Under the pieces are notes generated by a model. The model was not told where the DNA came from. It ran no database searches and saw nothing but the letters and a program-made list of their open reading frames with translations. From assembly GCA_035495435.1 (NCBI GenBank), contig DATJFV010000046.1:24072-88071 (forward strand): 64,000 bases of DNA, written 5' to 3'. A program made the translations under genes and the position numbers. This document shows positions 35,312-44,500 of this stretch, one piece after another; within the stretch, counting starts at the first letter, position 1, and each line of letters opens with the position of its first letter. Source of the stretch: Pseudolysinimonas sp. (GTDB taxonomy: Bacteria > Actinomycetota > Actinomycetes > Actinomycetales > Microbacteriaceae).

Positions 35312-37993
35312 TTAGGCGCGCACCTTCTCCTTCATCTCGATCGTCTCGATCTCGTCGCCGATCTGGATGTCATTGAACTTGCCCAGGCCGATACCGGCCT
35401 CGAAGTCCGTGCGCACCTCGGTGACGTCGTCCTTGAACCGCCGCAGCGAATCGATGGTGAGGTTGTCGCCCACCACGACGCCGTCACGGATGACGCGCGC
35501 CTTCGCATTGCGGGTGATCGTGCCGCTGCGGACGATTACACCGGCGATGTTGCCGGCCTTCGACGAGCGGAAGATCTCGCGGATCTCGGCGACACCCGAC
35601 TGGACCTCTTCGAACTCGGGCTTGAGCATGCCCTTGAGCGAGTTCTCGATGTCTTCCAGCGCCGCGTAGATGACGGAGTAGAAGCGCACGTCGATGCCCT
35701 CGCGAGCCGCGCGCTCACGCGCCTTGACATCCGGCCGCACGTTGAACCCGATGACGATCGCGTTGTCGATCGTCGCCAGGTCGATGTCGGACTCGGTGAC
35801 CGCACCCACACCGCGGTGCAGGATGCGCAGCTGGACGCTGTCGTCGACCTCGATCTTGAGCAGGGCCTCCTCGAGCGCCTCGACGGCACCGGAGACGTCA
35901 CCCTTGATGATGAGGTTGAGCGAGTCGACCTTGCCCTCGGCGAGCGACCGGGTGAAGTCCTCGAGCGAGATGCGCTTGCGGGCCTTCGCCAGCTGCGCGT
36001 TGCGCTCGACGGCCTCGCGCTTCTCAGCGATCTGGCGCGCGGTGCGGTCCTCCTCGGTGACGATGAAGGTGTCGCCGGCGCGAGGCACCGTCGACAGACC
36101 CTGCACCTGCACCGGGCGGGACGGCCAGGCCTCCTCGACCGGGTCGCCGTTCTCGTCGATCATCGCCCGGACGCGGCCGTACGCCATGCCCGCCACGATC
36201 GCGTCACCGACGCGGAGGGTTCCCGACTGGATCAGCACGGTCGCCACCGCGCCGCGGCCCTTGTCGAGCTTGGCCTCGATCGCGACACCGCGGGCGTCCT
36301 TGTTGGGGTTCGCACGCAGGTCGAGCCCGGCATCCGCAGTCAGAAGCACCGCGTCGAGCAGCTCGGTGATGCCCTTGTTCTGCAGGGCGCTTACGTCGAC
36401 GAACATGGTGTCGCCACCGAACTCCTCGGCGACCAGGCCGAACTCGGTCAGCTGCTGACGCACCTTCGCCGGGTTCGCGCCCTCCTTGTCGACCTTGTTG
36501 ACGGCGACCACGATCGGAACACCGGCGGCCTGCATGTGGTTCAGCGCCTCGACCGTCTGCGGCATGATGCCGTCGTCGGCCGCGACCACCAGGATCGCGA
36601 TGTCGGAGACCTGCGCACCACGGGCACGCATGGCGGTGAACGCCTCGTGACCGGGGGTGTCGATGAAGGTGATGGCGCGCTCGATGCCGTCGTGCTCGGT
36701 CCAGACCTGATACGCACCGATGTGCTGCGTGATGCCGCCGGCCTCGCCTGCGACCACGTTGGTCTGGCGGATGGCGTCGAGCAGCTTGGTCTTACCGTGG
36801 TCGACGTGGCCGACGACGGTCACCACCGGCGGGCGGATCTCCAGGTCTTCGTCGTCCTCGTCCTCGAGCTCCTGCTCGAGGTCGATGTCGAAGCCTTCGA
36901 GCAGCTCCTTGTCCTCGTCTTCGGGGCTGACGATCTGGATCTTGTAGCCCAGCTCCTCACCGAGGATGCCGAAGGTGGCGTCGTCGAGCGACTCGGTCGC
37001 CGTCGCCATCTCGCCGAGGTGGAACAGTGCGGTCACCAGCGCGCCCGGCTGCACCGAGTACTTGGTGATCTGCTCGAGCTTGTCGGCCAGGTCGGAGATC
37101 GACGCGCCGCGGCGCATGCGGATGACGGTGTTGCCGTCACCGCGGGGAATCGCGACGCCGCCGAGCGACGGCGCATCCCGCATCTCGAACTCGGCCCGCT
37201 TCGTCCGCTTCGACTTGCGCGCGCGGCTCTTGCCGCCGCCACGACCGAAGGCACCCGCGGTGCCGCCGCCGGGGCCGCGACCGCGACCGCCGCCACCACC
37301 CGGACGACCGGCGAACCCGCCGCCACCACCGGGCGCGCCGCCGGGACGCTGGAAGCCGCCACCGGCACCGCCGGGACGACCCGGCCCGCCGGGACGCTGC
37401 TGGAACGGGGCACCCGGACGACCGGGGCCGCCGGGGCGCGGGGCGCCGGGACGCGGGGTTCCGGGGCGCGGAGCCGCCGGACGCGGGATGGCGCCGCCAC
37501 CCGGACGCGGCATGCCCTGGCTGCCCGCGAACGGGTTGTTGCCGGGACGCGGGGCGCCGGGACGCGCCATGCCCTGAGTGCTGGCGAACGGGTTATTGCC
37601 GGGACGCGGGCCGGCCGGGCGCGGGGCCTCGGGGTCGGCGGGTGCTGCGGCCGCGGGCTTCTCGGCCGCGGGAGCCGGTGCAGGTGCGGGGGCCGCGGCC
37701 GCCGGAGCGGGGGCCGCAGACGGCGCCTCGGCCGCGGGCGCCTCAGCCGCGGGGGCCGGCGCCGGCGCGGGAGCCGGCTTCGCCGCCGGCTTGGCCGCAG
37801 GCTTCGCCGCCGGTGCGGCCGCCGGCTTGATGCCGTCGGCCTCGAGCGCCGCCTTCAGTCGGCGCGCGACGGGCGGCGCGATGCTCGAGGACGCGCTCTT
37901 GACGAACTCGCCCATGTCTTTGAGCTTGTCGAGCGCGATCTTGCTGTCGATGCCGAGCTCGGCCGCGACTTCGTGTACGCGTGGGTTGGCCAC
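35312..37993 (-). CDS. infB: translation initiation factor IF-2
   Basis: G-domain motifs [21 protein letters not shown] and NKVD. Ala/Pro/Gly-rich N-terminal region. Confidence 0.97.
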   Translation of the reverse strand: MANPRVHEVAAELGIDSKIALDKLKDMGEFVKSASSSIAPPVARRLKAALEADGIKPAAAPAAKPAAKPAAKPAPAPAPAPAAEAPAAEAPSAAPAPAAAAPAPAPAPAAEKPAAAAPADPEAPRPAGPRPGNNPFASTQGMARPGAPRPGNNPFAGSQGMPRPGGGAIPRPAAPRPGTPRPGAPRPGGPGRPGAPFQQRPGGPGRPGGAGGGFQRPGGAPGGGGGFAGRPGGGGGRGRGPGGGTAGAFGRGGGKSRARKSKRTKRAEFEMRDAPSLGGVAIPRGDGNTVIRMRRGASISDLADKLEQITKYSVQPGALVTALFHLGEMATATESLDDATFGILGEELGYKIQIVSPEDEDKELLEGFDIDLEQELEDEDDEDLEIRPPVVTVVGHVDHGKTKLLDAIRQTNVVAGEAGGITQHIGAYQVWTEHDGIERAITFIDTPGHEAFTAMRARGAQVSDIAILVVAADDGIMPQTVEALNHMQAAGVPIVVAVNKVDKEGANPAKVRQQLTEFGLVAEEFGGDTMFVDVSALQNKGITELLDAVLLTADAGLDLRANPNKDARGVAIEAKLDKGRGAVATVLIQSGTLRVGDAIVAGMAYGRVRAMIDENGDPVEEAWPSRPVQVQGLSTVPRAGDTFIVTEEDRTARQIAEKREAVERNAQLAKARKRISLEDFTRSLAEGKVDSLNLIIKGDVSGAVEALEEALLKIEVDDSVQLRILHRGVGAVTESDIDLATIDNAIVIGFNVRPDVKARERAAREGIDVRFYSVIYAALEDIENSLKGMLKPEFEEVQSGVAEIREIFRSSKAGNIAGVIVRSGTITRNAKARVIRDGVVVGDNLTIDSLRRFKDDVTEVRTDFEAGIGLGKFNDIQIGDEIETIEMKEKVRA

Positions 37994-38069
37994 ATTTCTC
38001 CTGTTCGGGGGTCCACTCCCGATCAGGAGCGGACGCTAAAGGGTGAGGGAACTCATTTCGAGTCGCTCA

Positions 38070-38324
38070 TCAGTTGTCCATGGTCTTTTCAGCCCATTCG
38101 TTAAGGGATTCGGTATCCGTAACGGTCGTGCGCAGCGCCCGGCCGAAGGCCTTGCGCTTCACCGCGTTCTCGATGCACCCGCTCTGCGGATGCACCCACG
38201 CGCCCCTGCCCGGAAGCCTGGCCGCGGCATCCGCCACGACCTGGCCGTTGCGCGCCACCACCCTCAGCAAAGAGGATCGGGGAGCACGCTGCCGGCAACC
38301 CAGGCAGGTTCTGACGGGTTCCAT
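38070..38324 (-). CDS. ylxR: YlxR/DUF448 family RNA-binding protein
   Basis: RTCLGCRQR...GRGAWV motifs. Canonical position between nusA and infB. Confidence 0.85.
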   Translation of the reverse strand: MEPVRTCLGCRQRAPRSSLLRVVARNGQVVADAAARLPGRGAWVHPQSGCIENAVKRKAFGRALRTTVTDTESLNEWAEKTMDN

Positions 38325-38350
38325 GCTACTCCCTGCGGCGGGAAGGCCGC

Positions 38351-39331
38351 TCAGTCCTCCATGACCGAGTCGGGCTGGATGTCGATACGGGCACCCGTGA
38401 GCTTCGCCGCGAGGCGGGCGTTCTGCCCCTCTTTGCCAATCGCGAGGCTCAGCTGGTAGTCGGGAACCAGGGCCCGCACGGCGCGCAGCCCCTCGTCGAC
38501 CACGAAAGCGCTCGACACCTTGGCCGGGCTGAGCGCGTTCGCCACGAACGTCGCCAGGTCGTCGGCGTAGTCGACGATGTCGATCTTCTCGTTGTTGAGC
38601 TCGGCGGTGACCGCGCGCACCCGCTGCCCCAACTCGCCGATGCAGGCGCCCTTGGCATTGATGCCGGGCTGCGTGGCACGCACCGCGATCTTGGTGCGGT
38701 GCCCCGCCTCGCGCGCGAGGCTCGTGATCTCGACCACGCCGGACGCGATCTCGGGCACCTCGAGCGCGAACAACTTGCGCACCAGGCCCGGGTGGGTACG
38801 GCTGACCGTGATCGACGGGCCCTTCAGCCCCTTGCTCACGCTGGTGACATAGACCCGGATGCGGCTGCCGTGCGTGTACTCCTCGCCCGGAACCTGCTCC
38901 TCCGGCGGCAGGATAGCCTCGACGGAACCGAGGTCGATGTGCACCATCTTGGGGTTCGGGCCCTGCTGGATGATCCCGGCGACGATGTCACCCTCGCGCC
39001 CGCGGAACTCGCCGAGCACCTTGTCGTCGCCGATGTCGCGGAGCCGCTGGTTGATGACCTGCTTGGCGGCGAACGCCGAGATGCGGCCGAAGTCGTCGGG
39101 GCTGTCGACCGCCTCGCCGATGACGTTGCCCTCGTCGTCGTGCTCGGGCACGAACACGGTCACGTGCCCGGTCTTGCGATCGAGTTCGACGCGCGCGCCG
39201 GACTCTGGAGCCTGGTCGGTGTGCTTCAGGTAGGCGGTCAGGATCGCCTGCTCGATGATCCCGACGAGTTCCTCGAAGGGGATCTCGCGTTCGCGCTCCA
39301 TGAGCCGAAGCATCGTCAGATCGAGGTCCAC
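38351..39331 (-). CDS. nusA: transcription termination/antitermination factor NusA
   Basis: NusA N-terminal, S1 and KH region sequence (...[13 protein letters not shown]...). Confidence 0.96.
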   Translation of the reverse strand: MDLDLTMLRLMEREREIPFEELVGIIEQAILTAYLKHTDQAPESGARVELDRKTGHVTVFVPEHDDEGNVIGEAVDSPDDFGRISAFAAKQVINQRLRDIGDDKVLGEFRGREGDIVAGIIQQGPNPKMVHIDLGSVEAILPPEEQVPGEEYTHGSRIRVYVTSVSKGLKGPSITVSRTHPGLVRKLFALEVPEIASGVVEITSLAREAGHRTKIAVRATQPGINAKGACIGELGQRVRAVTAELNNEKIDIVDYADDLATFVANALSPAKVSSAFVVDEGLRAVRALVPDYQLSLAIGKEGQNARLAAKLTGARIDIQPDSVMED

Positions 39332-39413
39332 GTCCGGCCTCCGCTATTCAGATAGGCGCCCACCACCTCAGGGCGCGGTCTCCAGAGTACCGGAGGGGCG
39401 GACCGAGCGCCGC

Positions 39414-40406
39414 TCACACGCGTGGCGCACCGATGGCGGCCGCGATGCGCGCGACGAGCAGGTGCGGCTCGTTCGTCACATCATCGGCGTGCACCTGCAT
39501 CACCCGAAAGCCGGCGGCCTGAAATCGTTCGCGCCGCGAGATGTCCCGGCGCCAGGCACGGGGGTCGGTGCGGTGATGATCGCCCTCGTACTCGATGACC
39601 AGACGGCGGTCGCGATACAGCACGTCGGGATGGAGGCCGACGATCTCGGGGTTCAGTTCGGGCTCGGGCAGCCCGGCGCGCACCAGCAGTAAACGTAGGC
39701 GCGTCTCCATGGGCGACTCGGCGCCGACGCGCACCTCGCGCATCGCCCCGCGGGCCCGTGCGGCGCCACGTGCTCGCGCCGGGATCGCTGCGGCGAGGCC
39801 GTCGACGGATGCGATGGCGGGCTTCCGCGCGACCCGCCGCGGAGTGACGAGGTAGTCCCCCACCGCGACCAGGTCGTCGTGGTCGAGCATGGAGGCGAGC
39901 TGCACGAACACCTGTGCGGGCCCCACGACAGGGAGGGTGCCCAGCATGGTCACCTCGAGGGCGGAGGATCGATGCCCCACGACGCCCGCACGCACGGGGC
40001 GACTGGCGCCTCCCGAGACAGTGACGTGGATGAGATGCTCGAACCGGCGGGGCAGCGGGGCCCCCCAGAGCCACGCTGCGGTCGTGTGACTGAACGCCGC
40101 ACCTGCGGGGAGCACCAGCAGAAGCGCCTCGCAGCGCTGCCGCAGGCCGACCGCCTCCCCGCCGATGATGTGGACCCCGTGATACGGATGGGTGACATCT
40201 GCGGCACGAACCCGCGAACGGGGAATGCCTGCACCGCGCAGCTCGCGCGACGCGATCGGCAGCCCGATCTGCAGCGGGTCGACCGGCGTTCGACGGGTCA
40301 CCGGGCCAGCCTGGCTCGCCTGCGCTCTCGGCGCGCGGAGTCTCCACAGCATCCGCACCCAAAGCGCGTCGAGAGGCGGATTCCGGCGGGTAATCGGCCA
40401 TCGCAC
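39414..40406 (-). CDS. DUF559 (Vsr-like endonuclease fold) domain protein
   Basis: C-terminal ESPMETRLRLLLVRAGLPEPELN...IEYEGDHHRTD...RRERFQAAGFRV pattern. The N-terminal start is uncertain. Confidence 0.72.
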   Translation of the reverse strand: MRWPITRRNPPLDALWVRMLWRLRAPRAQASQAGPVTRRTPVDPLQIGLPIASRELRGAGIPRSRVRAADVTHPYHGVHIIGGEAVGLRQRCEALLLVLPAGAAFSHTTAAWLWGAPLPRRFEHLIHVTVSGGASRPVRAGVVGHRSSALEVTMLGTLPVVGPAQVFVQLASMLDHDDLVAVGDYLVTPRRVARKPAIASVDGLAAAIPARARGAARARGAMREVRVGAESPMETRLRLLLVRAGLPEPELNPEIVGLHPDVLYRDRRLVIEYEGDHHRTDPRAWRRDISRRERFQAAGFRVMQVHADDVTNEPHLLVARIAAAIGAPRV

Positions 40407-40457
40407 CCGCCATTTCTCGCCGCTCGCCGCGCCGAAGGGCGGATGAATGCGCCCGAG

Positions 40458-42218
40458 TTAGAGCGCGGAGAGCAGGTCCGCGGCGGGGAGCTCGCGGCGC
40501 TCGCCCGAGCGGCGGTCCCAGAGTTCGACGACGCCGTCCGCAGCACCTCGGCCCGCGATGACGATCGTCGGCACGCCGAGCAGTTCCGCGTCACCGAACT
40601 TGACGCCCGGAGACACCTTGGGCCGGTCGTCGAGCAGCACCTCCCGACCCGACGACTCGAGCGCCGCCGCCACCTGCTCGGCCAGCTCCAGGGCCGCTGC
40701 GTCCTTGCCCGTCGCGATCACGTGCACATCGAACGGTGCCACCTCGGCCGGCCAGATGAGGCCCCGCTCGTCGTTGTTCGCCTCCGCGATGACCGCCATG
40801 ATGCGCGTCACGCCGATCCCGTACGAGCCCATGGTGACGGTGACCAACTTGCCGTTCTCGTCGAGCACCTGCAGCCCCAGGGCGTCGGCGTACTTGCGGC
40901 CGAGCTGGAACACGTGCCCGATCTCCATGCCGCGGGCGAGCTCCACCGGGCCGGAGCCGTCGGGCGCCGGGTCACCGGCGCGCACCTCGGCGACCTCGGC
41001 GGTGCCGTCGGAGCCGAAGTCGCGCCCGGCCACCAGCCCGAAGACGTGCTTGCCGTCGGCGTTGGCGCCGGTGATCCAGCCCGAGCCGTCGGCGACGCGC
41101 GGGTCCAGCAGGTACCGGATGCCGGTCGCCGACTCCTCGCCCAGCACGGCGCCCTGGGGTGACCAGGGCCCGATGTAGCCCTTCACCAGCAGCGGATGCT
41201 TCTCGAAGTCGGTGTCGACGGCCGCCTCGACCTCGGCGGGGGCGAACTGCACCTCGGCGCGCTTCATGTCGACCTCGCGGTCACCGGGAATGCCGACGAC
41301 CACCACCTCGCGCGTGCCGTCGAGATGCGTCAGCGCGAGCACCACGTTCTTCAGGGTGTCGGCGGCGGTCCAGGCCCGCCCGTCGGGTCGGGGGTGCTTG
41401 GCGTTGGCGACCTCGACCAGGGTCGCGATCGTGGGAGTGCCGGGCGTGTCGAGCACCTCGGCGGGCGTCAGCTTCTCGTAGGAGCGCGGCTCGGCGGGCG
41501 GGGTGACGTACGCCTCGACGTTGGCTGCGTAGCCGCCGTCCGAGCGCACGAAGGTGTCCTCGCCGATCGGGGTGGGGTGCAGGAACTCCTCCGACCGCGA
41601 CCCGCCCATCGCACCGGCGTCGGCCTGCACGATGGCGTACTCGAGGCCGAGGCGCTGGAAGATGCGCTCGTAGGCGTCGCGGTGCTGCTGGTACGACACG
41701 TCGAGCCCGGCGTCGTCGATGTCGAACGAGTACGAGTCCTTCATCGAGAACTCGCGCCCGCGCAGCAGCCCGGCGCGGGGGCGGGCCTCGTCGCGGTACT
41801 TGTCCTGGATCTGGTAGATCGACAGCGGCAGGTCCTTGTACGAGGTGTACAGGTCTTTCACCGTGAGGGTGAACACCTCTTCGTGCGTGGGCGCGAGCAG
41901 GTAGTCGGCGCCCTTGCGGTCCTTCAGCCGGAAGATCCCGTCGCCGTATTCCTCCCAGCGGCCGGTCACCTCGTAGGGTTCGCGCGGCAGCAGCGCGGGG
42001 AAGTGCACCTCCTGCGCGCCGAAACGTTCGAGCTCTTCGCGGATCACCTTCTCGATGCGGCGCCGCACCCGCAGGCCGAGCGGCAGCCAGGCGAAGATCC
42101 CCGGCGCCTGGCGCCGGATGTATCCGGCGCGGATCAGCAGGCGGTGGCTGGCAACCTCCGCGTCGGCGGGGTCGTCGCGCAGAGTGCGCACGAACAGCTG
42201 GGTCATCCGGGTAGGCAC
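40458..42218 (-). CDS. proS: proline--tRNA ligase
   Basis: 586-aa class II aaRS with an editing domain, starting [22 protein letters not shown]. Confidence 0.96.
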   Translation of the reverse strand: MPTRMTQLFVRTLRDDPADAEVASHRLLIRAGYIRRQAPGIFAWLPLGLRVRRRIEKVIREELERFGAQEVHFPALLPREPYEVTGRWEEYGDGIFRLKDRKGADYLLAPTHEEVFTLTVKDLYTSYKDLPLSIYQIQDKYRDEARPRAGLLRGREFSMKDSYSFDIDDAGLDVSYQQHRDAYERIFQRLGLEYAIVQADAGAMGGSRSEEFLHPTPIGEDTFVRSDGGYAANVEAYVTPPAEPRSYEKLTPAEVLDTPGTPTIATLVEVANAKHPRPDGRAWTAADTLKNVVLALTHLDGTREVVVVGIPGDREVDMKRAEVQFAPAEVEAAVDTDFEKHPLLVKGYIGPWSPQGAVLGEESATGIRYLLDPRVADGSGWITGANADGKHVFGLVAGRDFGSDGTAEVAEVRAGDPAPDGSGPVELARGMEIGHVFQLGRKYADALGLQVLDENGKLVTVTMGSYGIGVTRIMAVIAEANNDERGLIWPAEVAPFDVHVIATGKDAAALELAEQVAAALESSGREVLLDDRPKVSPGVKFGDAELLGVPTIVIAGRGAADGVVELWDRRSGERRELPAADLLSAL

Positions 42219-42253
42219 GATGCCAGCCTAATGACGCGTTCCGGATGCGATGG

Positions 42254-44500
42254 TCACGCCGTCGGCGGAACGTACGCCGAGCGCAGCCGCTCCTCGGGCA
42301 CGAGCCACTCTTCGCCCTGCTCGCCGCGGATCACCCACTGCCCGCTGCGGGCGGTCGTGGTGCCCTCGAGCGTCTCGATCACCTCTCCCGCACGGGCGGG
42401 CCGGGCCTGCACCGAGCCGGTGCGTTCATAGCGTCCTGGCCGGCCGGTCGGGCGGTGCGTGGCCTCGAAGATCCCGGCGGCGACCGAGTGCGTCGACCCG
42501 CGCTCGTCAACGACCTCCCAGTCGCCGGGCGAGCCGTGCAGGGTCTCCCCGGATGCGGTGGTCCACGACCAGGCCTCGTCGCGTTTGCGGGCGGTCACCT
42601 CTCCGCGGCGGGCGAACGTGCGCCATTGCACGTCGTCGAACGACCGGTACCCAAGCGTGGACAGCAGTTCCAGGCTGGAGCGCACGCCGTCCCGGGTCTT
42701 GTCCCGTGCCGCCTCGTCCAGTCGCTCCCAGTCGCGCAGGTCGGGGTGTCGACGACGGCGGTCGTCGCGAGCCGCGCCGTGCCGCCAGCCGTGGGATTCG
42801 AGGTGCCGCCGCCACGATTCGTGTTCGAGCTGCGCCATCCGCTCCAACTGCGTCGCGGAGGGCATGCCCGCGCGATCAGCGCCGGCGCCCCAGCTGCGTC
42901 CGACCGCGATGGCCGAGCCGAGCGTCGCGAGCACCTGGCGCACGTTGGAGGCTCGGTAGAACGCGCCGAGCTGTTCCCAGGGGCGACGGGATGCGATGGC
43001 CGGGTCGGGGTGGGCGCGGCGGTAGCGCTCGTGGCCGAGTCGCGCGATCCGTTCCCAGTTGTCGATCGGGCGACCGTTGCCGGCGTCGAGGGTGGTGCCG
43101 AAGGCGCGGACGTGGGCGAGAAGCGGCTCGGCTCCGAGCCCCACGACCTCGGCGAACCGGGAGTAGACCGGCCAGTCCGGCTGCCCCGCCCCGAGGACGG
43201 CGGCGAGACGCTGGCCGTCGGCCCCGGGCTCGCCGGTGAACACCACAGCCGGATTCGACGCACCCTCGGCGGCCTCCTCGATCCCCGCTGCGGTCGGCGC
43301 TGCGGCTGTCACCGTGGCGCGGACGCCGCCGGTGTTGCCGTAGCGCACCTGCGAGAACTCGTGCTGTTCGAGGATGGCGACGGCGTCGGGGTCGATGACC
43401 ACCACCGGCGGCACCGGCGGCTCCCCCAGCACCTCGTGCTCGCGCCCCTGCTGCGCCAGTTCGCCGAGAATGGCGAAGGTCAGCCCCGAGCGTCCGGCCA
43501 GGATGACCCGGTCCGCGCCGACACCGAGCAGATCGTCGACGACCAGCCGTGCGGTCACCTCGTCGGCGCTGATCGTGTCGACCACCCAGTCCGCGGCGCG
43601 CACGAGGTAGCGGCGGCGCCAGTCCTCCGCCTGCCAGGCATCGTCGATGCGCACCAGCACACGCACCGGGCCGCCGGCCCTGCGGCCGGCGACGGCCCCT
43701 TCGATCGAGCGCACCAGCCGCTGCGCCGCCGTGCTGTCGGGTGAGAGTACGGCGAGTGAGCGCAGGGCGCTGCCGGCGGGTCCGCGCCGGATGAGGCCGC
43801 GCACGGTGGCCGTGTTGGCGGGATCTCCGGTGACGACGCGCCAGCCCGCCGCTCGTGCGCTGCGCACCCAGGCGGCCCCGACATCCGGAGTCAGCACCAC
43901 CCGCACCGTGCCCGCGGCGCCCACCGCCAGCGCCGGCAGCAGGCCCGCAGAACTGTCGTCGACCCCCACTGCCAGGGTCACCCGCGGAGCCAGCCGCACG
44001 AGCGCACGGTCGAGCTGCCCCCGCAGCAACACCGCCACCGCTCGGGTCGCGGCGACGAACAGCACGGTCAGCACCACGAGTCGCCCGAACTGGAGGGCGA
44101 GCGGCGGGTTGTCGGGGCATGTCACCCCGTCGAACATGCTGGTGTCGTAGCTGTTGAGGACGAACGCCAGCACCCGCTGCACGACCGAGAACCAGCGTGC
44201 CTCACCGACCGGCGGGCAGCTGGCGTAGGCGGCGACGGCGAGCACCACGGCGGAGACGGTTCCCGCGGCGAGGAACACCAGGGCGAACGACAGGGAACGG
44301 TGCCGGCTGGGCCATGCCCAGGCTCCGAAGGCCAGGAACCCCAGGATGAGGGGGATCGCGACCGGCTCCCAGGCGGTGGTGTCGTTCCAGCGCGAGAGCC
44401 ACCCGGGCAGCGGTACGAAGATCGCCAGCACGAGCAGGCCGACGGCGAGGATGTAGCCGGCGAGCGCGAGGCGCGCGGCGACGCGGGCGACGGCGCTCAT
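42254..44500 (-). CDS. multi-pass membrane protein with two Rossmann-like segments, a RyR-type domain and a beta-rich C-terminal module
   Basis: Start set at ATG 44500, with an ATGA overlap with the TIR gene stop; the track's additional 34 codons are Arg-rich. About 5 N-terminal TM segments. RVILAGRSGLTFAILGELAQQG. RyR-like MAQLEHESWRRHLESHGWRHG...HPDLRDWERLDEAARDKTRDGV...LGY. Confidence 0.8.
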   Translation of the reverse strand: MSAVARVAARLALAGYILAVGLLVLAIFVPLPGWLSRWNDTTAWEPVAIPLILGFLAFGAWAWPSRHRSLSFALVFLAAGTVSAVVLAVAAYASCPPVGEARWFSVVQRVLAFVLNSYDTSMFDGVTCPDNPPLALQFGRLVVLTVLFVAATRAVAVLLRGQLDRALVRLAPRVTLAVGVDDSSAGLLPALAVGAAGTVRVVLTPDVGAAWVRSARAAGWRVVTGDPANTATVRGLIRRGPAGSALRSLAVLSPDSTAAQRLVRSIEGAVAGRRAGGPVRVLVRIDDAWQAEDWRRRYLVRAADWVVDTISADEVTARLVVDDLLGVGADRVILAGRSGLTFAILGELAQQGREHEVLGEPPVPPVVVIDPDAVAILEQHEFSQVRYGNTGGVRATVTAAAPTAAGIEEAAEGASNPAVVFTGEPGADGQRLAAVLGAGQPDWPVYSRFAEVVGLGAEPLLAHVRAFGTTLDAGNGRPIDNWERIARLGHERYRRAHPDPAIASRRPWEQLGAFYRASNVRQVLATLGSAIAVGRSWGAGADRAGMPSATQLERMAQLEHESWRRHLESHGWRHGAARDDRRRRHPDLRDWERLDEAARDKTRDGVRSSLELLSTLGYRSFDDVQWRTFARRGEVTARKRDEAWSWTTASGETLHGSPGDWEVVDERGSTHSVAAGIFEATHRPTGRPGRYERTGSVQARPARAGEVIETLEGTTTARSGQWVIRGEQGEEWLVPEERLRSAYVPPTA

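Noticed and set aside
37496-37612. In-frame 20-aa duplication ([12 protein letters not shown]) and Ala/Pro/Gly low-complexity DNA in the infB 5' third
   Set aside because: Low-complexity, repeat-prone N-terminal regions are normal for actinobacterial IF-2. They are not evidence of a separate element.
39414-40406. DUF559 gene as a mobile element or part of the TIR module
   Set aside because: I saw no terminal repeats, transposase or integrase. proS separates it from the TIR pair. I report it only as a context oddity at the rimP position.
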